A DNA stretch of 64,000 bases from Camelus ferus. Taxonomy: Eukaryota. Location: NCBI RefSeq assembly GCF_009834535.1, contig NC_045707.1, forward strand, positions 54,252,001 through 54,316,000. The letters are read 5' to 3'. Position 1 is the first letter of the stretch. Each line of letters starts with the position of its first letter. A program made the translations under genes and the position numbers. This document shows positions 22,330-35,689 of this stretch, in pieces. The notes under the pieces were generated by a model that was not told where the DNA came from, searched no databases, and was given only the letters and a program-made list of their open reading frames with translations.

Positions 22330-25300
22330 CTACAGTGATATTAAATGTACACTTTCATGTCATTTGATCCAAGTAAAATTATATTGAAAAGTAAGAAATA
22401 TATTTGTCAATCACATGCATTTTAGGACTACATGATCTTTGAGTTTTAAAAAAGTATATGGAGTTTCCTTTTTGTTGGCAAAGTAATATCATCAAAGTTT
22501 AGTATAAATTATATTTAGAAATAGACTAAAAAAAATTAGATAGACATAACAGTTTCCTTTTATCTACAATTCAAATGTCCCCAGTATTTTAAGACTATGA
22601 GATAAGTCTTAGTGTTTAGATATTTAATTTGTTTATGTTTTCAAGGTATAAATTTTTATAATTGTTTCTATTTCATAAATAATGACTACATTAAAATAAG
22701 ATTTAGAAATAGTCCTATTGATTTAAAAGACTTTTTCAGGAAAAAAAGAGTTCTTGGTAAAATGGAAAGCATATTAGATACAGAGTCTAAAGATATTCAT
22801 GGGTCCCAGTGTGGCTGTATAAAACACAGCTTTGTACTGGACACATCACACCCTTTCTGAGCCTTAGTGTCATAACTGAGGGAAATAATCATTACTGGGT
22901 TGTTGTGAAGATTAACTTTCTGATTATATTGCAATGGTGGTTAGACCCATGAGAGTGCTTTGTAAACAGGTGCTATAAAATGGAAGAAATTATTTATATT
23001 CAACAAGTTAGAACTTACCCAGAAAAAAGTAACAAAAATTGTTAGAGCTTGAAAGCAAATAGTATTTTTAAGGCTGGGATAGTGGATTAGGAATTTACTC
23101 GGCAAGACCGCAAAATGCCATATCAAGAATACCATTAAAGAATTATGATCATTTGTTTTAAGTCTCCTGAGGATTAAGCAAGTGCACAGGGCTGTATCTG
23201 TGGGGACATGGTTTGAAAAGCAGTAGAGTGAGGCATTCCAGAGCTTCCTCAGAACTGGTTCGAGGCAAAGGCTCAAATCACGTGATGCGTCATTGCGATG
23301 CTTTTGTCTTTAAAATAAGTGTACGGGGGGAAATACCAAATTTTTTTTGAAATTAATATTTTTGCAACTAAAATTTAAAATACTTCAAAAACTTGTCCAA
23401 ATAAAAAGGTTAGGAAACATCAGACTGTGGAAATTAGTCTGTAATTTCAAATTTGGTGCAACATGATGGTGAAAATTGATTGTAAAAGTCTATCTTATAT
23501 TTAAAAGCTCTTTTAAAACATAGTATTGCTTTTTGGTTTTTAATCTTAAAACTGACATTAGGAAAACAAATTCAAAGGACTTAATAAACATCTATAAAGG
23601 GAGCATATTTTACTTTTAGTCCATAAAGAAAATGTTACTAAAAGGCAGCAAAAAAACATTAAAAGCTATTGTTTTAGGAAACAGTATTCTAGGCACAGAG
23701 AGGCTGATGTCTTTGGCTATAGGCACAAGTCAGTGACAGAGGCAGAGGCAGAACAGAGAGCAGTTTAGAGACCTTCACAGGTGGTATTCATGAAGGCCAT
23801 CTAGGCAGAGAGACAAACAAAAGAGATGCCAAGTGAAGCTGGCTTCTCAGCGCCGGACAGATTTAGCCTGTGTTAAACCACCCTTGGCCAGTCAGGCAGT
23901 GTCCTCTGTGAAACTGTAAGAATCTTTCAAGCAACAGAAATATTACTACTTCATAAAAGCTCAGATTTCCTAATGATAAAATAGTGGCTTAAAAAACGTA
24001 AGAGCATCTTCAAAGTGTATCCTCTTTTTATTTACTAGTTACATATTGGAAACTTTTTTTTTAACCAAATAATAGAATGGAATGTCTACTTTGGTCCATT
24101 TAAAAAAAACAATAACAGTAATAGCAAACCCATGCCTTTCCCTAGCAGTAAAAACTCTTTGATAAATTATTTCCTGGATAACAAATACCTCCTAACAAGA
24201 ACACATTATTTAGGGAGAATGCTGGGGCTCGGTGGGCAGCAGAGCAGGGAGGAATGAGAAATGAAGAGCTATGGGGACACATTTAGAATTCAGGTATATT
24301 TATTTGCCTGAATACAAAAATACAGATTAATAAAAGAGTATATGGATTTTCACAAATGGTTAACACAAATGTTTTGTTCCAATAGAGAAAGCTAAATCAA
24401 GTTCTTTGCAAAGTTCAAAGTAGTAAATAGAAATAAGTATGTATTTTAAAATATAATTCAATAACATGGTTAATTATTGGTTAATAGTTTTGATGGAAGT
24501 ATCTTAATAGTATAAAGATGCATTTTTAATGCCTTTATTCTTAATATAACCTTTTAATCAAAGATGGCAAATAATATGTAAGAAAGGCAGCACTGTCTCT
24601 ACAAAGTATTGAAATATTTAAAGATAATTTCATATTCTTCTAAAATAATTATTTCAAAATTAAATAAAGTGAATTGCATTAAAAGATAGCCTTTCTGTGG
24701 ACCAAATCCTCATTCTTAACAGTATTTCTGCATTCTAAAGGATTTTTCTATTGACTACCAATTTACTGTATGGTACATTTTTTCCCCTAATACTGTTCTG
24801 TTGTCTGTTATTTTGAAGCTGCTGATGAATTTTCAAGTCGTTTGGTACTTATCCACAATGTAACCCTATATTTAAAAGGCAGCTTGTAAATTTTTCATTG
24901 TGTAGTGTAATTCCTTCAGCAAATAATTATAACAAAAAACATACTGTGTGATATTGCAAGACAGCTTTACAGCAATTTGAAGTATATTTTCAGTGGAAGG
25001 AAAATGCTATAGGAAATTAGTCTTTAAAATTACATAAAGACTTATGTGAATATATAGTTTTCTAGAAAACAGTATTTTAGATGTGATTAAAAGCTTGCAT
25101 GTTATTGTTTTGCTATGTGCAAATAAACGGTTTGAGCAGTAGTCAATATAGCTTAATCTCCTATTGCATTTAGTGAGAGTCCTTATCATATAAATTCTTG
25201 AACCACCATATGTATAGAAAATAAATTGAGTGCTAAAGCAACACATCTACGAAGGAACCGCATATTGGCATTCATTGCAAAGCTATTACTTTGTCCTATG

Positions 25301-28300
25301 ATTACTCTAGAAATGAAAAAAAGAAAATAAAGAAGCAATTTAATGCAGTCAATGTATAATCATTCTGAAATTACTTACCCACGTGCAAATACAATAGTAA
25401 GAGAATCTTGCCTCAAAAAATTGGTATTAGAGCTAGACCTACTGATGGGCTCCTGGAATAAAAAATTATACCTAGGACCTTCGCCAGTCTTTTCCTCTCT
25501 CCTGCAACATTATTGTTACAGATTTTACATTTTTTTAAACAACAGTCTGCTGCATATTTTCAGGTGACCATACAAATCAACCAATCAGTCTCTTACATAT
25601 ATGCTGAAAGTATGTCTTGATAAGTACGCTCTATCTTCCAATAAGTCCCTTCTTTGTCACATAATCTGTGTTCTGCTAGAGATTTGTTCTGGTCCTTTAA
25701 AATTTTGGGGGGTTAAATCCTTAGTTCTTTAACAAATGTCAAGGTCTATATATGCCGTGTTTTCATAAGTTATTTAATATGTAAAATGCTTTGAATGACG
25801 CTCCTGGTATGTATAGGAAAAACTTCCTTAAACAGGTTAAAATAGAAATTTCAAGATGTATAGTAATACGTCATTGGATTTTCGTTGATACACCCAACAC
25901 TATGTGTCTGGATATAGAAATCATTTCAAAGTCCTTCCCATATTGTATTGCTTAACAGCAGATATGGCAGAAGTAAAGCATGGAGAAAAAAAGATTCAAC
26001 ATTTTAATGAAAGTGACCAGAACAAATTGTTAGCAGCAAAGCATTTACGTCAGGGTAAGTGCTGTGAGTGAGTTACAGTGGGCACGTTGGAGGCTGAGGG
26101 AGGTATCACAGTGTTCAAGCGGCAGTTGCTTTTTAAGGCTATTGCTACGTCCAACCTTGAATTATAATGATCATTTACAGGTAGATAAAGTCTAGCACTA
26201 AGAATGAAAACAAAACAAATAAACAGGTTGTTGATATTATATTCAGATTGCCTCAATGTAACATGGTGATTTTGCTTGTTTTCGAAAATAGTTTTTAAGC
26301 TTTATCAGTGAGTAAAACTTTTTTAACTTATAAAAAGGTTAATAAAATTTCCCTATTTCTCAAAATCCCAATTGAACAATGACATTTAAAATTATTCTTC
26401 TTGCCCAATATTTAGAGACATATAAATAAGAAAACCAGTTAGGTTTGGTACATTTGATAGTCACAGAAATAGCCATAGAATTTGTTATTGTTGCTAATAA
26501 TCATGATGCCTGTTGTTTCTTTTAACATGTATGACACATACAACTTGCTTTGTCCATGTACATTTACTTTGAAAAAACAATTTCTAATGAGCATAAAAGC
26601 TAAAACATATCCTATAGGGTGGGGTGTCTTATTCTGATATATAATATGGATTTTTACTTTTGTGTTTTACCCATTTCTTAATCTTTTATAATAGCTACCA
26701 TTCATGTTTGATCTAGAATCTTTGAGGCCTCCTGATAGTATGCACTATTTTCACAGGTTTTATTATTTTTAACACACTACTGTGTTGTTTTCTTCTTAAA
26801 AATACTTGGTGGCTGTGTCTGCACCGACATGGATGACTAGAATGTGGTGCCAAAAGTACCGTCTTGCTTCTTTAAATTCTGTAATTTTTATACTAATATT
26901 GTTCAACATTTTTTTTTCTGGAGGAAAATTTTTTGAGTGATTTATTTTGGGTTGTAAAATCTCAACAGGTTTTGTGATTTTTTTTTTCAGACTTAGATTT
27001 GCCTTCTGTCACATGGCCCTTAAATTAACTAAAACTCTTCTTTCCTGGCTTTTCTGGCTTCCTACCACACTAGTAGATACTTATCGAGTATTTAAACTCC
27101 TAAAGTGACTAGGTAATAAAAATGTAAATCAATAAGAATTAAGAATGAAATTTAAAAAGAATGAAATTTAATCATCTATAAGTTATCTAGGCTTCTGTTT
27201 TCTGCTGTATACAGTTGGTTCTTAAAATCAGGTCATATGTCCTATTATTCCTGTCAGTTCAGAAAAGGTCTTGTTCCCAAATTCTCCAGTCTTTTTTTTT
27301 CTTATATTCTCCTTAGGACTGTATTCAATTTAATTATACTTACAACTAAGTGTCCATAAATATTTGTAATAAAGAGTGATGGCATAAATTATGCTAATAA
27401 CTGAGAGTATTTTCTACCCCTAATTGATAATGCATATTCCTTTGAAACAACACAGTTTTATATATAAAACACTATTTTCATTTTTAATGATCTTGTCTCA
27501 CCCCTCATTTTCCCATGTTAATTAATTTTGCCAAAGTAAATGTTTAGCAAAATATGCATTTTAAGTAAATTCCCTAATGTTTATCACTGAGCAGTGATAA
27601 AGAGTACTTTGGAATTTAAACATTTAAAACCCAAATTAGATTTTAAAGTTCACTTGGAGTCTTTGAAAGCTTTCATTTAAACTCTTCCTTTTATTTCCAC
27701 ACTCGTTCAACATGTATTTATTTAGTGCCTATTATGTAGTGGGCGCTCTTCTGCTCTCTCTTTCAATGAAGCTTCCTTGTCAGTTCTTCCATGTGCCAAA
27801 TAATATTAGTAACCATCATACTGCAGTTGCTTTCCATTTCACTCTATTCTCATAATTCCATCTTCACAATTCTCATATGGAACTTGTATAAAACAAATAC
27901 TTATTTCCACATTCCCAGATAGTGAAGACTTGTGGATAGGTTTCCCAAAAACTTTTCATGGAAACTTTCATTATCCCTTTTCATGCTTATTAGTTCTTAG
28001 CAGGGAGACATTTGGCAACAATAAACATGAGTCGCCTGAGGATTTATTGTATTATTGCACTTGAGTTTCATTCATTTGACAAATGCATTTCACATTTGAC
28101 CATACCCGCTTATTTTCGCACCACATTAGCTAGTGTAAGAAATCAGTTTGAAAGTGACAACAATAACCTCCCCCTCCAAAAAAAAAAAGCCAAAGTAAAA
28201 CAGTTTACTTAAAGAAAATGATCATGAAGGAAAGGGGTAAGAACTAACATATTCCAGTCAGAAACACGATGCTTTAATCCATTATCAATGGAGCATACAT

Positions 28301-31300
28301 GGATCCTGTCCTCAAAAATGTGAAAACGTGTGTAAGTTGTTTTTTTGTTTTTGTTTTTTTTCAACAAGAATAAATGTACTTGACATATGTACAACTAGTT
28401 CTCTCACACAAATACAGCTGAAATTTGTCTTTCTCTGGATAATGTCAGCTGCTCGTAAGAGTGACTACTGTTTTAGATCTGTAAACATTATTCTGTGGTT
28501 ACTAATAACTGTTCTATTTAACAGTGTCTGCAGTTATTGTTGACTTGCATTACACTGTCTCAGGTCCTGGAAACAGGCTGTATCACACTGTTACGGGACA
28601 TTAAATCAACAGCTATTTAATATGTGCCTAGTCTGTGCTCGACTTTTAATATATGTCTATTAGATGTTTCTAGCAACCATGTAAACATGCTCTTGGTATG
28701 ATAGTAATTAATTTTGACTATCCAGTTCTGGTTATGGGAATATTTTAAGGGTTGAAGTGTTAATGTTAACGTGTTTGTTTATTCAGGGACAAAATACTTT
28801 GATTTAACAAATTTGTACTCTTAAAGTTCCTGCCCTAAAATTTGAGACCAAGAAAAATCAGAGTTAATGGTTTAAGCAATAATAAAACAAAAGCCTTAAA
28901 GTTTAAAATTTTACACTGTTAGAGACCAGGTCTTGCTAAACAGAATTTTTTAAAGATCATAATTCTATGATGTAGCTCTAAGCTTCTCTACTGACATGTT
29001 ACTTCAAATTGAACACTTCAGATAAGAAAAAAGAGGATAAACAAAGCCAGATTTTGTTATATGTAGAACAAAAAAGTTTAACTTGGCCACGGTTGTTTAT
29101 AAAAATCTTGTCTTTATCTTATCTGGGGAAAAAAATATATCGTCTACAGTGGGACTGAAGTTTGAATATTTTGAATAGGAAATCTGATAGTCAAGTTTTA
29201 CTTCTACAAGTGAAATTTGGAGCAATTGGCATAGACAGTGGTATTGTGGAATTGTTTTATTAGAAGATTTTGTAGACAGGACACCATCATTTACAAGTAC
29301 GCTTATTAGTTAAAAGTATTGCTACAGTGAATCTAAACAATCTCTTCATTGTGCATTTAGCATCAACAAAATTTTTGCTTGAACACAATTACATAATGTT
29401 ACTATCAAGTCTTAATAAAGACTCAAGTTTTAATAAAGAGCAGAATGTGCTGTTGCCCATACTTTCTCATCACCCATTTGCTCGTCAATTCTGCCAATGT
29501 CAGTTCACTCATAACTTTCCTGAAAATGTCATATTGAAGGAGTAGCAGGGATTTAAAAATCCATTATGTCCCAGGCCCTGGGTTGGTATTTTATATTCAC
29601 CATCTCATTTAATCCTCATTCCAACTCCACACCATACCTATCACTCTCATTTTAAAAATGGGGAAATTGAGGCAGTGCAGTTAAATTATTTGGCCAAAGT
29701 TAGGTGATTGTAACATGCTTGAAACTTTGCTTTACATGACTAAGGTTTCTCAAAAAGAAGACAATATCTTGCTTAATTTTAAGGAATAATGAGAAACAAT
29801 GTATGCCTCCACTATAATGGTAACATGAAGAAAATCATTATGCAGTATATGTGAGACGCATATCTGTTTCGCATGCCTTGGAATGGAAAAAAAAAATGTC
29901 CATTACTGGGAATAAGGCCTACAAAACTAAAAATAAATAAAATGTACCCACGAAAAACAATATTATTCTTAAATTCTGTGAGTCGAGGAAACACAAGAGA
30001 AAGATATTTCTGTATCTGTACCTTACCTATATATGCATATATAAATATATATAACCCTAAATGTGAATTTTTAATTTAAGAGTTATTTTTTCAGAATATT
30101 TTTTCAGACTTTCTTATCCTTTACTTATGTCACTGTCTTTCTGTTTGCCTCTCAAGGTCCTTGTAAACTAGGTGCTACCAGAATTTCTGAAATTGTTTGA
30201 AGAATACTCCCAGGTTTGAGTGATTTTGGCTGAATTACATGAACACGTACTTTAACAAAATAACATTAATGAGCATCTCCTTTGAACTTTGCAAAAATGG
30301 ACATGGACTCCTAGAGACTACATGATTTTTTCTTTAAGAAGGTATATGAGGAAAATATATCAGAACTGTATAACTACCTAGAGTTCCTAAAGGCCAGCTA
30401 AAAGTGATACCAATATGCTCGTTAAGGAGTGGACAATTGAACCAAAACTCAATTTATTTTTCTTGTATATAGTTTCAGTTCAAACTGAAAAATATGCATG
30501 ATTAAACATAACTTTTACTCACTTTTGACCACTTATGTGACAGAAAATTAAGTTAAATATAAAACATTTCTAAACATCCAGTGAGGAAATCATTGATTTG
30601 CAAATTTAAGTCATGGAATGGAAGGAATAATTTGGAAGTAGCAGAGCTGCCAAAATGGTTGAAATGCTAGTTAGAGATCTTGGAGTCTTGAAAAAGGGAA
30701 ATTGCAAATGAGACGCAGGTTAGGAGCAGGGTGGAAGAAAGCTTGGAGAGCAACAAGATGACAAAATGGGGAGGTACGTCCACCAATGAAATACCACTGA
30801 TTGGGATTATATTCATGAATTATTACAAAACCCTTTATAACTATATTCACCTAATCGAGTTTCCCCACTGTAGGAGTAAAGAGAGACAGCTGGGGACCAC
30901 ACAGATATGGGTCCCCCCCACATTAAAAATTAACACTGTAATTCATTAACACATCTTTGCATTAGATGAAATTTGTTATTAATACTTTAAGAGAGAAAAA
31001 CTGAAGTTATTTCACATAAGAGATTGTTCATATTTTTGAAATAGCAAAATAATATTCATTTTTGAAAATAAATTTAAGCACTACTTTTTGAAAAATTTGT
31101 AACATTTGCTATATTAATTATGAGGTACAGAGGCTGACTTGTATTTTAAAAAAGCTTAGAATTTTGATATATAATTGAACTTGAAATCATCTCTATAACA
31201 TAATCATGTCTAATATATAAGTGCTCATTAAATGTTCATTGAATAAAACAGCCACATATAACTTCAAAGGTACAATTCATTCAGGGTGAATTAAAAGCAC

Positions 31301-32124
31301 TATTGATAGCCTTATTTTCAAAAGAGAACCCCTAAAACAAGAGAAACACCTTTTCTTTCCTTTCAGTTTTTGCCCATAAATATACTAGAGTTCTCTTCAA
31401 AACATGCATTGCTTTCTTCACTAAAGACTGCAGGCCTGGTTCTCTAATTAATATTCTGCATGAGAATAATCAGATTTAAAACCAAGGCCTCTTTTCACAC
31501 AGCCCTATAAACTGAAAAACTGAAATTTCTTTTAATAAGGACAGCTGCCTAGCAGGTTATTCCTTTGTTTTTCCTGGAATAACATTTTATATTTGTACAA
31601 AACTTCATAGACTTTACTAATTATTTCAGGATAAACTATTTATTAAGTTACCTTGTACCTATAGGTCTATAGCCAGTTCTGTCTTTAATTTAAAATTTAC
31701 AAACAACTTCTTTCTAAAAAGTAACTATCTAACTAAAGATTAAGCTAAAGATTATTTCCAAATACCACCCTATGAAAAGTTGACTGGGTTTGCAATAGGA
31801 AATTTTTTTCTCTTTCTAAAAAAAAGAAATGTATTGGTATATTAAGATATCTACTACTAAATATTTACCATAAAATATTCTTAAGCCAAATTATTTCAGT
31901 ATGCACAGTGAGTTTCAGAATCACATCTAGATTTTTAAAATTAAACTTGATTTTTATAAAATAGCTGTCATTTCTCCTGGATGATGTAATTTTCTGATCT
32001 TTATTTGGAAAATATTTTTTAAAAGATTTATTTATTCCCCATCTCAGTTGACTGTACTTTAGCTGAAGTAATTAGAGATAATTTAAACAATGTTTGAAAT
32101 CAGGATCGCTTAGAGGTATTCTGG

Positions 32125-33807
32125 GAGATTGAATCAAGATGGCAGAGTAGCAGGACCATGAACTCACCTCTCCTCGTAACTACAACAAAAACACAACTGA
32201 CTTCTGAACAGCCATAGAGAAAAAAGACTGGAGCCTAGCAAAAGAGATTTGCTTCAACTAGAAACATTGAGACAGAATCACAACAGGAAGGTAGGAAGGG
32301 TGTGCTCACGATATCGTCAGGCCCCCTACCCCCTGGGTGGGCAACCCACAAGATGAAGAACAGTTAAGTCACAGAGGTGCTCCCACAAGAGTGAGAGTTC
32401 TGAGCCTCACATCAGGCTCTCCAAATCAGGGTTCCAGCAGTAGGAGGAGGAGAGCCCAGGAAATCTGGTTTTGAAGGCCAGTGGGGCTTAACTTCAGGAG
32501 CCCCACAGGATGGGGAGAGACAGAGACTTAACTCTCTTGGGAGGCGTGCATGGGATCTCGCGTGCACCAGGTCCAGGGGCAGAGACAGTGATTGTATAGG
32601 AACTTGGGCCAGACCTGTCTGCTGGTTTTGGAAGTTCTCCTGGGGAGTTAGGGGACTGCTGCAGCTCACCCAGGGGACATAGAAGCTGGTGGCAGACATT
32701 CTGGGAGTGTTCATCTACATGAGCTTCCCTGGAGGCTCACATCTTGATTGGATCAATATCACCCAGATCCAGCCCCGCCTAACAGCCTGTAGGCTTGAGG
32801 GATGGGAACCCTCAGGCCAAACAACATACTGGGTGGAAACACAGCCTCACCCATCAGCAGACTTTCTGAGCTGCAAATGCCTCTAGGCTGGGTCCTACCC
32901 ACCAGAGGTCCAGGCTGAGCTTCACCCAGCAGTGGGCAGACACTGACCTCTCCTGCCAGGAAACCTTCATAAGCCTCTAGCCCAGCCTCATCCACCAGGG
33001 GGCAGATACAAGAAGTAAGAAAACAATAGCCCCAAGCCTGTGGAAGGAATCCACAAACACAGGCCAGAGCCTACACTGGGACCAGCTCGATCCTGCCCCT
33101 TGGGTGACAAGAGAGGAGTTGTATTGCTAGGACGCATAGGACATCTCCCACAGAGAGCCACTTCTCCAAGGTCGAGAATCATAACTAGCCCATCTGAAAA
33201 CACAAAGAGAAAGACAGACAAAATGAGGCGGCAGAGGAATATCCTCCATGACAAGGCACAAGATAAAATCACAGAAGAAGAAATAAGTGATGAGGAAGGA
33301 AATAGGCAATTTATCCAAGAATTTAGAATGATGATGGTGAAGATGAACTCAAGAGAAGTATAGATGCACAGAGTGAAGTTTTTTGCAAAGAGCTGGAAAA
33401 TATAAAGAATATACTCAGAGTTGAAGAATAAATTATTGAAATGAATAACACTAGAAGGAGCCAAGAATATACTAAATGGGGCAGAAGAACGGATTAGTGA
33501 GCTAGAAGACAGAATAGTGGAAATCACCATTGCAGAACAGAAAAAAGAAAAAAGAATGAAAACGAATGAGGATAATTTAAGAGAACTCTGGCACAATCTG
33601 AAGCACACTAATATTCACATTATAGGGGTCCCAGAAAACGAAGAAAGGGAGAAAGGACCTGAGAAATTTTTGAAGAGGTACTAGCTGAAAACTTCCCTAA
33701 CTTGGGAAAGGAAACACTCACCCAAGTCCAGGAAGCTCAGAGAGTCCCACACAGGATCAACCCAAAGAGGAATACACCAAGGCACTTACTAATTAAATTC
33801 ACAAAAA
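32125..33807 (+). mobile_element. LINE-1 5' portion (5'UTR plus disrupted ORF1), 3'-truncated
   Basis: Starts with ..TCAAGATGGC.., typical of L1 5' ends (YY1 core). GC-richer 5'UTR; ORF1 ATG at 33223 (MRRQRN...), later AEERISELEDRIVEI...LRELWHNLKHTNIHIIGVPE, with stops and frameshifts. Near-perfect 15-bp flanking repeat TTAGA(G/A)GTATTCTGG at 32110-32124 and 33808-33822. Confidence 0.88.
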
Positions 33808-33894
33808 TTAGAAGTATTCTGGCGTGGAGAAAATGTTCAGTTACAAACATGATTTTCATATGATAAAACATCAGAAATAATTGTTGCTTTTTAA

Positions 33895-34789
33895 AATTTC
33901 TAATACAATTTTTTAAAAGTTATACTCCATTTAAATATTAGCTATATTCCCTGTGTTGTATAGTACATCCTTGTGGCCTACTTTATACCCAATAGTATGT
34001 ACCTCCCACTGCCCCACCCTTCTATGGCCCACCCCGCCTTCCCACTGGTAACCACTAGTTCTCTGTATCTATGAATCTACTTCTTTTTTGTTATATTCAC
34101 TAGTTTGTTGTATTTTTTAGATTCCACATGTAAGTAATATACAGTGTTCGTCTTTCTCTCTGATTTATTTCACTTAGCATAATGCCCTTCAAGTCCATCT
34201 TTGTTGCTGCAAATGGCAAAATTTTGTTCTTTTCAATGGTTGAGTAGTATTCCATTGTTTATATATATACCACATCTTCTTTATCCATTCATCTGCTGAT
34301 GGACACTTAGGTTGCTTCCATATCTTGGCTATTGTAAAGACTGCTGCTATGAACATTGGAGTGCATGTATCTTTCCAAATTAGTGGTTTTTCTCAAATAT
34401 TTATATACCCAGGAGTGGAATTGCTGGGTCATATGGTAGTTGTATTTTTAGTTTTTTGAGAAGTATCTATTCTGTTTTCCATAGTGGCTGCACCAATTTA
34501 CATTTGTACCAACAGTGTAGGAGGGTTCCCTTTTCTCCATATCCTTGCCGACATTTGTCTTTGTAGAGTTTTTTGTACACTTTTTGATGACAGCCATTCT
34601 GACAGGTGTGAGGTAATATCTCATTGTGGTCTTGGGTTGCATTTCCGTTATGATTAGCAGTGTTGAGCATCCTTTCATGTCACTGTTGGCTATCTGCATA
34701 TCCTCTTTGGAAAAATGTCTATTCAGTTCTTCTGCCATTTTTTAATCCAGTTATTTTTTTTATGTTAAGTTGCATGAACTGTTTATATA
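33895..34789 (-). mobile_element. LINE-1 3' end (ORF2 C-terminus plus 3'UTR), 5'-truncated
   Basis: ORF 34448-34738 ([44 protein letters not shown]) is the L1 ORF2 C-terminal region. 13-bp TSD TGTTGCTTTTTAA at 33882-33894 and 34790-34802. Confidence 0.92.
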
Positions 34790-35689
34790 TGTTGCTTTTT
34801 AATTGGAAAGTTGTCATATATAAAGTTTTATTATTCTAGTTGCAGAATTATGGAATTTTAAAGCTGTAAGAACTCTTGGATATTATTTATATTTGTTTTT
34901 CTCCCCCCTCCCACTTTTCTACATGAGCACGAAATACATATTTATATATTCATCTAATTTTCACCATGATATTTTCTAAATAGACAAACCAACCCTGAAG
35001 TATCTCATCTAGGCTCACAAAAATATATATATATATGAAAAATGAGATTCAAACTCAAGTCTGGCCTACTCCAAATTTTCTTTCCATTGTTCAAGGCTGC
35101 CTTTTACCTCAGGTCACAAACAAGCTGGCAAGGAGCCACGGAAGGACTAGACATTGATTTCCCAATCTCTTAACACATCCTCTTCCCAATACCACACTGT
35201 CTCCCACTGTGTTTAAAAATGCAATTGACATTTCAATCACCCCTCACCTCTGTACTTCATGATTCCAGTGTAGGGAGGGCTATACTATACTTTATTAAAT
35301 TCCCTACTTAATTGTTTTCCCTAGTTAATAGGGAATAGTTTATAAAACTTTGAAGAAAGAAAGAAGAATAATGGGAAAACATTATCTTAACAATTTGAGG
35401 TCTTCTTATGCTTTTCCTCAATTTTAAAATTTTTTTGCAATTTTTCTCACTTAAGTATGCTTTTTGCCTAAGATGCCCTGAGTAAAATATGAGGCCTCAA
35501 TTTGGTCCAAGCTGTGCATCTCTTCTGAAGAGAACAGTGAGTCCAATTTTTTTTTAAGAGTTCTTTCATCCATATACTTACAATTCATATACATATATAC
35601 ATGATAATATTCAGAGAGTACTGATTAAGTATATTCATACGTCAGTTATCTATGTATTGCCTCTTAGCAATGAATACATCCTTCATGAC

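Noticed and set aside
32988..33608. 206-aa minus-strand hydrophobic ORF
   Set aside because: Antisense of A-rich L1 ORF1.
32110..34802. A single 5'-inverted (twin-primed) L1 made from the two adjacent opposite-strand L1 pieces
   Set aside because: Each piece has its own distinct TSD, they are separated by ~60 bp of unique sequence, and the 5' piece lies on the poly(A) side; these are two independent insertions.
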